Shown here in pieces: positions 9,997-18,310 of a stretch of DNA of 20,000 nt. Location: IMG/VR virus record IMGVR_UViG_3300025603_000010, one strand, 5' to 3'. The stretch is from an uncultured virus (IMG/VR IMGVR_UViG_3300025603_000010). Taxonomy: Duplodnaviria > Heunggongvirae > Uroviricota > Caudoviricetes. The notes beneath the pieces are model-generated. The model saw only the letters and a program-made list of their open reading frames with translations, did not search any database and had not been told where the DNA came from. The first letter of the stretch is position 1. The number at the start of each line of letters is the position of its first letter. Made by a program: the position numbers and the translations under genes.

Positions 9997-10433
9997 TATC
10001 GTAATCTCTCTAATAGAACTTCCATATTCACAAGTTCTGTTGGGGCGTTAACAACATAAAACTCAATAGTAACATTATATGCATTGTTGTCAAGATTAGG
10101 TTGAGCTCGAACTCCAACGAGTCTAGCCCTTGGTTCAAAGTTCTCAATCACCTCTTCGATCTTCATAGTTAGAACATATGCAGTGATTGGCGTCATAGGT
10201 TCAAATAGAATATCTCTTACACCAGAACCAATCTCTGGGTGAAAGGGTTTCTCATAGAAGTTGGTTAGGATAAGATTTCTTACAGATCGCTTGACTGCCG
10301 TAAAATTAATTACCTTATTAACATCACCCGTTCCCGTCTTTGGTCCAAAGAATAAATCAATATCAGAATACAATTGAGCTGCACGGCTTTCACCTTGATA
10401 TGTAGCGTCAGTATATGCATCTTTAGCACCCAT
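9996..10433 (-). CDS. gp25: Baseplate wedge subunit gp25 (sheath initiator)
   Basis: Motifs YSDIDL, AVKRSVRNLILTNFYEKPFHPEIGS and IENFEPRA, ending LERLR; TAATG overlap with gp6. Confidence 0.95.
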   Translation of the reverse strand: MGAKDAYTDATYQGESRAAQLYSDIDLFFGPKTGTGDVNKVINFTAVKRSVRNLILTNFYEKPFHPEIGSGVRDILFEPMTPITAYVLTMKIEEVIENFEPRARLVGVRAQPNLDNNAYNVTIEFYVVNAPTELVNMEVLLERLR

Positions 10434-10452
10434 GTGTATTCCTCTTTAGTAT

Positions 10453-10460
10453 TATTTATA
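10453..10460 (-). promoter_or_regulatory. T4-type late promoter TATAAATA
   Basis: Exact consensus overlapping the upstream gene's TAA, 19 nt before the gp25 ATG; a GAGGA SD follows. Confidence 0.85.
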
Positions 10461-10737
10461 CACTCTCTGATGTGTTTTGTTTCATCATAAACTTATTATT
10501 AGACTTCCAAACGTTCTTTGCACTTACACGAATGAATCGTTTGTTGGTTTCATTTGTATTTGGGTTAGGAATAGTCACTATAACATTCTTACCGTTGTTA
10601 AATGCATCAAGCTGATTTCTCATTCTCGCAAAATCGTTATTCATATAATTTCTACGAACTGCCTTAGTAGTGGACTTACAAACATTATTACGTTCACCCT
10701 TTGATGTTTGTGTCGCCCTTGATGTTTTCTTTCCCAT
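10456..10737 (-). CDS. Basic hypothetical protein (93 aa)
   Basis: GAGGAG SD and its own late promoter; K/R/N-rich. The motif GKNVIVTIPNPNTNETNKRFIRV resembles a family seen in aquatic T4-like phages (recalled, not searched). Confidence 0.8.
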   Translation of the reverse strand: MGKKTSRATQTSKGERNNVCKSTTKAVRRNYMNNDFARMRNQLDAFNNGKNVIVTIPNPNTNETNKRFIRVSAKNVWKSNNKFMMKQNTSESV

Positions 10738-10762
10738 AATATAACTCCTCTATATGTGTTTG

Positions 10763-10770
10763 TATTTATA
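10763..10770 (-). promoter_or_regulatory. T4-type late promoter TATAAATA
   Basis: Exact consensus in the intergenic gap, 25 nt upstream of the ATG at 10737. Confidence 0.85.
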
Positions 10771-10795
10771 ATGACTATCCGGCGGTGTTATTACC

Positions 10796-12019
10796 CTAAC
10801 CTACCATTATACTGCTCAACCAAGGTGCGGCATTTGCAGATTTACCACCCGCTCCCCAATATGTTGCCCCACTACCCCCCAGAGGACCAGATTGTGAAAT
10901 ATCAACATGCATACCCACATCATTCATATAACCAGACCCGGCACCAATTGATAATGCTCCTGCATTCTTAGCTGCCTTTGCAAAACTAGATGCAAGGGCA
11001 ACATCCTTTACCATCGACAAACGGCGACCATCTTTATATAACCATATGTCAGCAGCAAATCCATCATCATGTCTTTTGGAACCAACTGTACCTGTACTTG
11101 CATTTTGTCCACCTGAAAATACAACAACATTAATACCAGTTGCTGCAGCGGCGGATATTAAAATAGATTCGAGTGCAGGTACAAGTCTTAGTTTGCGTGT
11201 TGCGGCAGAGTTTCTATATGTTAATAAACCTGTCGCTGGGACAAAATCTGGCACAGGTTTAATATCGGGATTATAATTGTCTAGAACACCAGCATGACTT
11301 CTGTGGGAAAATCCTGCATCCCCAGAAAAGTTTTTACTTGAACCCGGCAATATAGCTTTTATTAATTCGCCATTAACATTAGATAATGTTTGTGCATCAT
11401 TTTCAGATGCAACTTTAATTGCTCCAGTATCTAATGTTGGCGGAATAGCAGAAACATCATAAGATTTTAACTTCTCTCCAATCGCAAGAACACTTGCTTC
11501 AATTTCTGGATTTTGATTTGACACGGATGGGGTTTCAGATTCCGCATTTACTGCGGCCTGTGTTACTGCAACAGGTTCCATAGTCGCAGGAACTTTACTG
11601 CCCGATTCCTTTTCAAGATTTGGGATAACTGCACAAAGATTACCACCACCCGACAGAGCTTCAGTTGCTTTTGTAATAAGACTTTCTAATTCTAAACCTG
11701 CTGATTTTATATCGTCTCCAAATTCTGTTTTGATTTTTGCAAGAGCAGAAAAGAATGATGGGCTGCCGGGAGTCTGAGAAAGGAGGCTTGTAATTTCTGC
11801 TTGCAAGTTTAGTTTGGGTAGAGTTGGTATCTCAATAGTTTGTAGTTTATCCACCAACCCATCAAGTTCATTCTTCGTTGCTCCAAACGCCGCAGCTGCC
11901 GTTGATGCCGCTTCGTCAATTGATGCCAGTATCTCAGCCTTTGCATCATCCAACTTTGACAGAACACTATTCAGTTCTGGACTTGCACCGCATAAATTAG
12001 CGTTTGCGAAATCAACCAT
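10796..12019 (-). CDS. Protein with a helical N-terminus and a C-terminal peptidase M15-like (Hedgehog/DD-peptidase fold) domain, putative virion-associated peptidoglycan hydrolase (407 aa)
   Basis: The C-terminus has VVVFSGGQ...GSKRHDDGFAADI (S-x-x-H-x6-D) and GMHVDIS (x-H-V-D), the H/D/H Zn-ligand pattern of LAS/M15 enzymes. The gene follows PAAR directly. Confidence 0.7.
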   Translation of the reverse strand: MVDFANANLCGASPELNSVLSKLDDAKAEILASIDEAASTAAAAFGATKNELDGLVDKLQTIEIPTLPKLNLQAEITSLLSQTPGSPSFFSALAKIKTEFGDDIKSAGLELESLITKATEALSGGGNLCAVIPNLEKESGSKVPATMEPVAVTQAAVNAESETPSVSNQNPEIEASVLAIGEKLKSYDVSAIPPTLDTGAIKVASENDAQTLSNVNGELIKAILPGSSKNFSGDAGFSHRSHAGVLDNYNPDIKPVPDFVPATGLLTYRNSAATRKLRLVPALESILISAAAATGINVVVFSGGQNASTGTVGSKRHDDGFAADIWLYKDGRRLSMVKDVALASSFAKAAKNAGALSIGAGSGYMNDVGMHVDISQSGPLGGSGATYWGAGGKSANAAPWLSSIMVG

Positions 12020-12021
12020 TA

Positions 12022-12312
12022 TTAACCCCCCGCAAATACATCAGAACTGCCAGCAGCTACAGAAGTGCATCCACTAATCGCATCACCAATTCTACCAGCA
12101 CCCATATTATTTACAAAGACAGTTGTTGATCCTGTAGCAATTGGTGCGGCATGTGATGGACAAGGAACACCGGGTAATAGATGTGATGTATTGTTATCAC
12201 CCTGTCTGCTCCATGCAATATTATTTACGAACACGGTTGGTGATCCCACTGCTCTTGATGGTGTTGAGCAATGGGGAATATCTGCATCACCTATTCTAGT
12301 TGCTGCTGGCAT
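12022..12312 (-). CDS. PAAR-domain spike tip protein (T4 gp5.4-like)
   Basis: MPAATRIGD, GSPTVFVNNIAWSRQGD and GSTTVFVNNMGAGRIGD repeats; His/Cys metal ligands. Confidence 0.95.
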   Translation of the reverse strand: MPAATRIGDADIPHCSTPSRAVGSPTVFVNNIAWSRQGDNNTSHLLPGVPCPSHAAPIATGSTTVFVNNMGAGRIGDAISGCTSVAAGSSDVFAGG

Positions 12313-12691
12313 TTGATCTCTCCTTTGTCATAAGCAATTGCAATCTATAATTCCAAAGTGCAATTTCCCTATGTTCATCCTCCGTGTGACCATCATTAAC
12401 AGTATGGTGAACATTCGACGGTTCGTGATAGTGATTGTTGTCACCCATGGCCGATGCTGTTTCTAACATTAAATGATTTTCTGACTCTGTTGACCAATTT
12501 TCGGGGATTATACGATCCCCTGCTGATGCAGTTGAACTTTCTAAAAGTATCTCGTTTGTTGTAATTAGCGTTCCCAAATCTGGTAAAAATTTTATGACAT
12601 TTTTTAATGTTGAATCGACTGGAATTGCATCATAACTTGTATACGTTGTAATCGTTCCAACCTGATTCATTATTTGAAATTCGTGTGCCAT
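12296..12691 (-). CDS. Hypothetical His-rich protein between gp5 and PAAR (131 aa)
   Basis: Coupled to gp5 by a TAATG overlap and overlaps the PAAR start; carries HEF...YDAIP...NVIKFLP and HTEDEHREIALWN motifs. Confidence 0.8.
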   Translation of the reverse strand: MAHEFQIMNQVGTITTYTSYDAIPVDSTLKNVIKFLPDLGTLITTNEILLESSTASAGDRIIPENWSTESENHLMLETASAMGDNNHYHEPSNVHHTVNDGHTEDEHREIALWNYRLQLLMTKERSNASSN

Positions 12692-14202
12692 TAGTTCAAG
12701 TCAATCCTTGCGCCGTTAATCTCTAGATTGCCTGTTGATGTGTGAGCCCATGTTGTTCCTGTGGTACTTGACCATGAAGTACCAACTATTTGTGAGAGAC
12801 TTGTCTCTGGATTAATAGTCATTGCAGAATCAGACTTTATATTGAGTGTGCTACCCGACTTCATAGACACGATGCCTGATATAGTTGATATAGACAAATC
12901 CTTTGTTACACCCAACATATAATTAGAACCAGTTGTTATAAAAATACCAGCAGCGGTTAGATTAGAATCCATCTCCTTACCAGAAACCGAAAGTTGATAC
13001 ATTCCACCAACGATTTGTGATTTAGATTTTTCGTGAATAATGACTGCATCGCCACCAACTCTGCCATGAACATCCTTGTTGATATTATAACCATAGTTGC
13101 CAACAATCTCTTCCTCACGATTACCACCAAGGGGCTTCCCAGCCGCATCTTGACCGACACCAACCTTAACACGATGGTTCTTGTGAATCTTCTGATAGAA
13201 GTTTCCTTCAATCTCTTGTATATAATCCCCCTTGATAAGTTCTCTTACTGAACCCTCAACAGTGATGTTCTGCGATCCCTTGATGACAATGTTCTCACTA
13301 CCAATAACAATCTCATACTTATCTCCAATGATCTTGGTGACAACAGAACCATCAGGATGTATCTCTTCAAATGTTCCTGCCATATGTTGACGAAACATCC
13401 GTTCAGCACCGGGACTGTCATCCACTTCCGTGATATGACCAGACTCAGATTCAAATACATGGTTGTATGGATAAGTAGCAGAAATGTATGGATTAGCATC
13501 CTCAACAATTCCTTTTGAATTAGGTTCTTCCCAAAACCCCCGTGTCTCTTGTTCTGCTTCAACAGAGAGACTTTTTATATAGGGTTTGGTTGCGGTAGGA
13601 ATACCTGTACCGCTAGAATCTTCGTCATTAGCCTCGACAGGATCACCATGCAATCTCTGAGCTCTGCGATTAATAAGAGAGTTGTGTGTTTCTGAGATTT
13701 TACCAAGGGCAAGTCTGTTTGTATCAGACTCGCCAACAGCGTCATGACTTGCAAACGATGAGCCGTGGCCACTTTTCCTTGGGCCAGGATATGGCCCATA
13801 AGTTGGACCATGTTCAGATGCATATGCTTTTTGAATACCGATATCGGTATCAAGTCCTCTTGGATCATTAAATCCCTTAGAGTTATCTGCTTGTGATGCG
13901 GCCACACCCGGTAGTGTACCCATGATAACAGGTTGCTGTGCCTCAGTGTCCCTAAAGAACCCGACAACCCACGAACCTTGCGTCAAAAACGAGGGGGTAT
14001 GTCCAAGTCCTTGCATAGATGGATCAGTCACGGGGTGCATAACATGCGCCCACGGCAAATCCGCAGTCTTAACCTGAGTTAAATCCTCATTGTGTCGCCC
14101 AAGTACACGAACACGAACCCTACCAATCTTAGCAGGATCATTCCTGTCTTCAACTACACCAACAAACCAACTGAAACCATCTTTACCCATGAAATCTTGC
14201 AT
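12691..14202 (-). CDS. gp5: Baseplate hub / central spike gp5, lacking a recognisable lysozyme domain (503 aa)
   Basis: OB-fold WFVGVVEDRNDPAKIGRVRVRVLGRH...LPWA...GSWVVGFFRD, then YPYNHVFESESGHITEVDDSPGAERM, and beta-helix repeats ending GARIDLN. Confidence 0.93.
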   Translation of the reverse strand: MQDFMGKDGFSWFVGVVEDRNDPAKIGRVRVRVLGRHNEDLTQVKTADLPWAHVMHPVTDPSMQGLGHTPSFLTQGSWVVGFFRDTEAQQPVIMGTLPGVAASQADNSKGFNDPRGLDTDIGIQKAYASEHGPTYGPYPGPRKSGHGSSFASHDAVGESDTNRLALGKISETHNSLINRRAQRLHGDPVEANDEDSSGTGIPTATKPYIKSLSVEAEQETRGFWEEPNSKGIVEDANPYISATYPYNHVFESESGHITEVDDSPGAERMFRQHMAGTFEEIHPDGSVVTKIIGDKYEIVIGSENIVIKGSQNITVEGSVRELIKGDYIQEIEGNFYQKIHKNHRVKVGVGQDAAGKPLGGNREEEIVGNYGYNINKDVHGRVGGDAVIIHEKSKSQIVGGMYQLSVSGKEMDSNLTAAGIFITTGSNYMLGVTKDLSISTISGIVSMKSGSTLNIKSDSAMTINPETSLSQIVGTSWSSTTGTTWAHTSTGNLEINGARIDLN

Positions 14203-14207
14203 GGGAC

Positions 14208-14215
14208 TATTTATA
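14208..14215 (-). promoter_or_regulatory. T4-type late promoter TATAAATA directly before the gp5 ATG
   Basis: Exact consensus; only 5 nt (GTCCC) separate it from the ATG at 14202. Confidence 0.8.
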
Positions 14216-14220
14216 AGAGT

Positions 14221-14397
14221 TTAATGAAGGTCTGGATCACGCCCTAGACGTTTACCATCAATTGACCAATTATACTGTTCTACATCAAACAACTTTTTTG
14301 GATCACTGTCTCGCAAAGCCATAAGCATTTCAGCAGCTTCGAGCTCAGACATACCCTCTGTTACCATTTGTTTTTCTATAATTCTATATCTTATCAT
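14221..14397 (-). CDS. Small hypothetical protein (58 aa), absent from the ORF track
   Basis: Hand translation: MIRYRIIEKQMVTEGMSELEAAEMLMALRDSDPKKLFDVEQYNWSIDGKRLGRDPDLH*. It has an ATGA overlap with the upstream oxygenase stop and fills the gap almost exactly. Confidence 0.8.
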   Translation of the reverse strand: MIRYRIIEKQMVTEGMSELEAAEMLMALRDSDPKKLFDVEQYNWSIDGKRLGRDPDLH

Positions 14398-14939
14398 GAA
14401 GTTAACTTTTTTGACATCACTAGATGATCCCTTTCTTTACCACAATTAACAAAACTGTGTGGTAGTGTAGTATCAACCTCATAGACACAACCATCAGCAG
14501 GTATATGAACTATCTCATTCAGTGTAGGAAAAATAAAATAAGCATTTGGATTAGTTATAAGAACTAAATGATAACGAGGGGATTTATCTTTATGTACGGA
14601 ATAGGTGCTGTGAGATGACATATGCATAACTCTAGAACGCTCACCATTCATATCCCGTATCACATCAGCAAAAACTGTACCCTCGTATATATCATTTAAT
14701 ATAATGTAGTCAGACTGTGATATTAAAATATGGTCCTTGACTGGATTGTTTCCATATATCGAACCAGTTCCATCGGTAAATGGATTACCGCCAGACTCGT
14801 TACTACGTTGTATACAAGTCTGGCGGTTCTCACCCAGTGGTTTTGACCACAGATTATCACCGAATCGTGACTGTATATTCTCCCATTCAACTAGACATCT
14901 ATTCAGATCATAGGAATGATTTGTTCTTTTTACTAACAT
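14394..14939 (-). CDS. 2OG-Fe(II) oxygenase, Asp/Asn beta-hydroxylase-like (181 aa)
   Basis: HxD (VHKD), RYHLVLITNP, distal His (DTTLPHSFVN) and terminal R-x-HLV form a DSBH facial-triad pattern. Confidence 0.8.
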   Translation of the reverse strand: MLVKRTNHSYDLNRCLVEWENIQSRFGDNLWSKPLGENRQTCIQRSNESGGNPFTDGTGSIYGNNPVKDHILISQSDYIILNDIYEGTVFADVIRDMNGERSRVMHMSSHSTYSVHKDKSPRYHLVLITNPNAYFIFPTLNEIVHIPADGCVYEVDTTLPHSFVNCGKERDHLVMSKKLTS

Positions 14940-14946
14940 GGTTGGT

Positions 14947-14954
14947 TATTTATA
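14947..14954 (-). promoter_or_regulatory. T4-type late promoter TATAAATA before the oxygenase gene
   Basis: Exact consensus overlapping the upstream TAA, 7 nt before the ATG at 14939. Confidence 0.75.
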
Positions 14955-15219
14955 CATTACCAATGAGTTCATTGGGAAGAATGTAGTCTAAATTTTTATC
15001 ACCTCTCGTGCTCTGGCGGGTAATTTCGATATAAACAGATTGCAGAGACTTCTCCTTGAACTCAACATACTTCTTTAGCTTCTTGGATTTGTACATAAAC
15101 ACCCCGTCTTCCAACTTAATGTCATCATACGAGTCCTTGTCAGAACCAATAGCAGTGATCTTCCCACAGAGAATGTCACCATAGTCGCCGTTATATACAA
15201 CTTCATCACCAATATTCAT
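14950..15219 (-). CDS. Hypothetical protein (~89 aa; ORF track extends it to 15252)
   Basis: MNIGDEVVY has an SH3/KOW-like start. A GGAAG SD precedes the ATG at 15219, which favours this start. Confidence 0.65.
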   Translation of the reverse strand: MNIGDEVVYNGDYGDILCGKITAIGSDKDSYDDIKLEDGVFMYKSKKLKKYVEFKEKSLQSVYIEITRQSTRGDKNLDYILPNELIGNV

Positions 15220-15238
15220 TTTTTCGCTTCCGTTTATA

Positions 15239-15430
15239 TTAAAGATATTCATAGGTTGTTGTTACAATAGGGACAACCCCTTCCCCAATTTCTCGACCAT
15301 GCCGGTCAATAAACCTAGTCTCCGTTGTCACGACTCGGATGCGCCGAGATTTTCGACTGTCAGCTGCAACAGCTGTCATGTCGATCTCCTCAAAGTACTC
15401 AGTCGTTACTGTCTTGAATGGTTTCTTCAT
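15239..15430 (-). CDS. Small hypothetical protein (63 aa)
   Basis: Co-oriented, with a GGAG SD inside the uvsX 3' end; overlaps uvsX by 32 bp. Confidence 0.6.
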   Translation of the reverse strand: MKKPFKTVTTEYFEEIDMTAVAADSRKSRRIRVVTTETRFIDRHGREIGEGVVPIVTTTYEYL

Positions 15431-16448
15431 TCTTGCTCACTCCATATTTGAATTCGGTTTCAGCTGCAAGGTCTAACTTGTGCATGATGTCTTCCGTAAA
15501 GTAGGTTTCTGGGTCACTTAGTATTGCCTTACCAAACTGCTTAGACCCGTCAGGCAGTTCATACCGTGTAGACACCTTCTTAAACACCTCATACTTCTCT
15601 GCCAGTTCCAGCAGGCCGTAGTATCGATCCAATCCCCTGTCATAAGTCAGTCGAACGTCCACCATCTTGTTCTCTTTGGTGAGGCGGGACTTGTGGTTCT
15701 TACAATGAATGATGTTACCGATAACCTCAGTACCATCCTTCTCTTTCTTCTTGCTGAGGTAGATGATAGAACTCGCAGCATACTTCAGCCCAGAACCACC
15801 ACCCATCTCCTTGGTAGAGAACAAGCCCATACTCTCGTAAGTATGATTAGTCACCACCATCGGAACCTTTGCTCGCCCAAGTTTAAGGGTCAGAACTCTG
15901 AACGCCGCTTTGAGAACCTGAGCCCTTGTCATGTCCCGTGTCTCTTTACCATCAGCAGTATCTTCGACTTCCTTCGTGGTACTCAGCATCCCCAGAGAGT
16001 CCAGACAAAGGAACATTGGATTGCGATCACTCTCAGGTTGCGCCATGTAACTGTCAAGGACTTTGAGCGCTTGGGTGCGAAACTCCTGCACAGTTGTAAC
16101 AGGGAAGATCACCATACGCTTGGGATCAATCCCCCGGTCAACAACCATGTTCTTGGTAATCGCACTTTCACTCTCAAAATATATGACCCCCGCATTTGGA
16201 TCACTGTCAAGGAAGTTCTTCACAATACCCATAAGGAAGTATGTCTTACCTGTTGCACTCTCTCCTGCGATTGCAGTAATCTTATTGGCAGGCAACCCCC
16301 CATACAATGAGCCACTCAATAATGCATTGAAGATATATGAGCCAGTATCAATGAAACTGTCCACATCTCCTGCTTCAACTCCGTCATCCACGATAGATGC
16401 GTATTCATTACCAACTTCCTTGATAATGTCCTTTAGAAAATTATTCAT
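15399..16448 (-). CDS. uvsX: UvsX RecA-like recombinase
   Basis: [19 protein letters not shown], Walker [16 protein letters not shown], Walker B CLDSLGML, and [12 protein letters not shown]. Confidence 0.96.
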   Translation of the reverse strand: MNNFLKDIIKEVGNEYASIVDDGVEAGDVDSFIDTGSYIFNALLSGSLYGGLPANKITAIAGESATGKTYFLMGIVKNFLDSDPNAGVIYFESESAITKNMVVDRGIDPKRMVIFPVTTVQEFRTQALKVLDSYMAQPESDRNPMFLCLDSLGMLSTTKEVEDTADGKETRDMTRAQVLKAAFRVLTLKLGRAKVPMVVTNHTYESMGLFSTKEMGGGSGLKYAASSIIYLSKKKEKDGTEVIGNIIHCKNHKSRLTKENKMVDVRLTYDRGLDRYYGLLELAEKYEVFKKVSTRYELPDGSKQFGKAILSDPETYFTEDIMHKLDLAAETEFKYGVSKNEETIQDSND

Positions 16449-16471
16449 TTCAATATTCCTCTTTCATTTTA

Positions 16472-17191
16472 TTAATCCCAAAGATTTTGATAATATACAC
16501 CAAACAATCTAAACCCATTTTGAATTCTTTCTTCATATACCTTACGGCCATCCCAATCATATACCTTAGTATCATTAGGGCCATGGATCATTTCACTGTT
16601 TCCGTTTTCCAGTTTCATCCATTGTATATCACTTACCCCAGTTTCAAATTGATCTTCCCAATCGGTATTAACCTTACTGTCAAAGGCAAAGATCATTTCG
16701 TCCATTACCCAATTCCAACGATCAAAGAAACGATCATCAACTTCCCCATTCTTCTTATAATTCGCCAACTCTTTCTTATTAGGCTTCAAATGGTCTGGGC
16801 AATCCTTTATATCAACTTGAGGCCCGCCGTGATTAGTTTCTTTAAGTTGCTTGAGCATAGGAAGAATGATATAAGCAAGGGTGCTATCCATGCTCCATGT
16901 ATCCCACGAATCTATCTGGACGTTAACAGTCCTCTTCTTTTTACTGTCAGCCCAAGTTAGAAACTTAGACAGCACAGTGTCGTGACGATCACGATCCCAA
17001 CTGACCTTCTCGCCAACTTGTGTTTCAGGCTCTATGCTACCGTAAGCAAGCCATTCACCAAACTGATAAACCCACTCTGGTTTATCAGTTATTCCGTCTT
17101 CGCCTGGAACTTTCTTTGCCCAGAAGCAAAGTTTATCTGCCAGTTGATACGGGCCGAACCATTTTTTATACTTTCCGATAGTAACTTTCAT
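16472..17191 (-). CDS. Conserved-looking phage hypothetical protein (239 aa)
   Basis: Long ORF coupled by TGATG to the upstream gene; Trp-rich motifs DTWSMDSTLAYIILPMLKQLK, WNWVMDEMIFAF and GFRLFGVYYQNLWD. Confidence 0.85.
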   Translation of the reverse strand: MKVTIGKYKKWFGPYQLADKLCFWAKKVPGEDGITDKPEWVYQFGEWLAYGSIEPETQVGEKVSWDRDRHDTVLSKFLTWADSKKKRTVNVQIDSWDTWSMDSTLAYIILPMLKQLKETNHGGPQVDIKDCPDHLKPNKKELANYKKNGEVDDRFFDRWNWVMDEMIFAFDSKVNTDWEDQFETGVSDIQWMKLENGNSEMIHGPNDTKVYDWDGRKVYEERIQNGFRLFGVYYQNLWD

Positions 17192-17619
17192 CAGATTGCT
17201 TTCGATACCATTTCGCCATCACGAACAACATGCCTGTGAATAGTACAACCACTTGACCGAATATAAGCACGGCCCCCATCAATCATATTACCGTTATCAA
17301 ACTGCTTGTAGTCCCAACGGTCAGCACTATATTGTAGAGTACCTTCATCGTCCTCTACAAGCCCAAACTCAAAACCCTCAACTGCATCTGCATTGGTAAT
17401 CATAAGATTTCCTGTACCCTGTGATTTATACAACCCAAAATACCGATTGCCAAACTCTGGGTGAGGGGTTGCACGATAGAACACATCAGCTGAGTTTGTT
17501 CCTTGCTCAGTAGGGGTGGTGGTACAGACATACTTTACTGGCACGCCATCCTTCTCTGAATAAAGTTCACAAATCTTATCTGTATCAAACATGGGAATAT
17601 GCTTAATTGTACCACCCAT
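17191..17619 (-). CDS. Phage hypothetical protein (142 aa)
   Basis: AGGAG SD, downstream of a sigma70 promoter; motifs HPEFGNRYFGLY and IDGGRAYIR. Confidence 0.85.
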   Translation of the reverse strand: MGGTIKHIPMFDTDKICELYSEKDGVPVKYVCTTTPTEQGTNSADVFYRATPHPEFGNRYFGLYKSQGTGNLMITNADAVEGFEFGLVEDDEGTLQYSADRWDYKQFDNGNMIDGGRAYIRSSGCTIHRHVVRDGEMVSKAI

Positions 17620-17663
17620 CTCACTTCGCTCCTGTCATCATATAAAAGAATATTGTAACTATT

Positions 17664-17692
17664 ACTATATACCCTATTGTAACAAATGTCAA
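17664..17692 (-). promoter_or_regulatory. Sigma70-type early promoter TTGACA-17-TATAGT
   Basis: -35 at 17687-17692 and -10 at 17664-17669 with a 17-bp spacer; AT-rich UP-like tract upstream. Confidence 0.8.
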
Positions 17693-17803
17693 GGTATAAA
17701 ATACATATTTCAAAGATTTAATTGGGTGGCTTACAAAGAAGCAGAGGACAAACCCAATCACAAATAATATTAGTAGTGCTTCCATAGCAGTTATTACAGA
17801 TTA

Positions 17804-18154
17804 TTAGTCAGCAGCCCGACGAAACCCTTCTGGAGTATATTCCCGCTGACGGCGGATTTGATAGTTACCGGGCGGGACACGAAGCGTTTCATGTGTGTCA
17901 AATGAACGAATATGCTGAATATCAGTTGGTTCTTTAACAATAAGAAACAGTTCATACAGATCATTATCTGGAACATGATCGGGCTTGAATGCTTCAACAC
18001 GATCTGCAACCATAACATGGTTATGCCCAGTTTCGCTATGTGCGATTGTAAAGTATCCGTTTTCAGATTCCATTTTCTCTACGTTCTCAGGAATATCATC
18101 GATACGAATAATAATAAAATCACCCTGTGCAGCCATTTTAGTGAATGTTTTCAT
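17804..18154 (-). CDS. His-rich 'QGD...RQREY' family protein, partner of DUF6745-like genes (116 aa)
   Basis: Motifs AQGDFII, HSETGHNH, H...HETL and PGNYQIRRQREY; GGAG SD; own sigma70 promoter. Confidence 0.85.
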   Translation of the reverse strand: MKTFTKMAAQGDFIIIRIDDIPENVEKMESENGYFTIAHSETGHNHVMVADRVEAFKPDHVPDNDLYELFLIVKEPTDIQHIRSFDTHETLRVPPGNYQIRRQREYTPEGFRRAAD

Positions 18155-18199
18155 AGTAATCTCTCCATTTCATAGTAGTATTGAAAGTATATTTATCTT

Positions 18200-18310
18200 A
18201 TTATAACTAATAGTAACATATCTAAAGGATTTTGTCAAGGGATATTTTGAGTTGTTGTCAAATAAAGTTTCTACATCTCTATATCATCCCAGACTTGAGC
18301 CTTGACTTGA
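18200..18310. repeat. Direct repeat copy 1 (~110 bp: 3' end of a QV-repeat gene plus promoter)
   Basis: Near-identical to 19386-19495, differing by a couple of substitutions and one short divergent 8-9 nt patch. Confidence 0.95.
18210..18238 (-). promoter_or_regulatory. Sigma70-type early promoter TTGACA-17-(TGn)TACTAT
   Basis: -35 at 18233-18238 and extended -10 at 18210-18215. Confidence 0.85.

Noticed and set aside
17621..17641. Tiny upstream ORF MMTGAK* before the 142-aa gene
   Set aside because: It is six codons long, overlaps the SD of the real gene, and has no SD of its own, so it is indistinguishable from chance.
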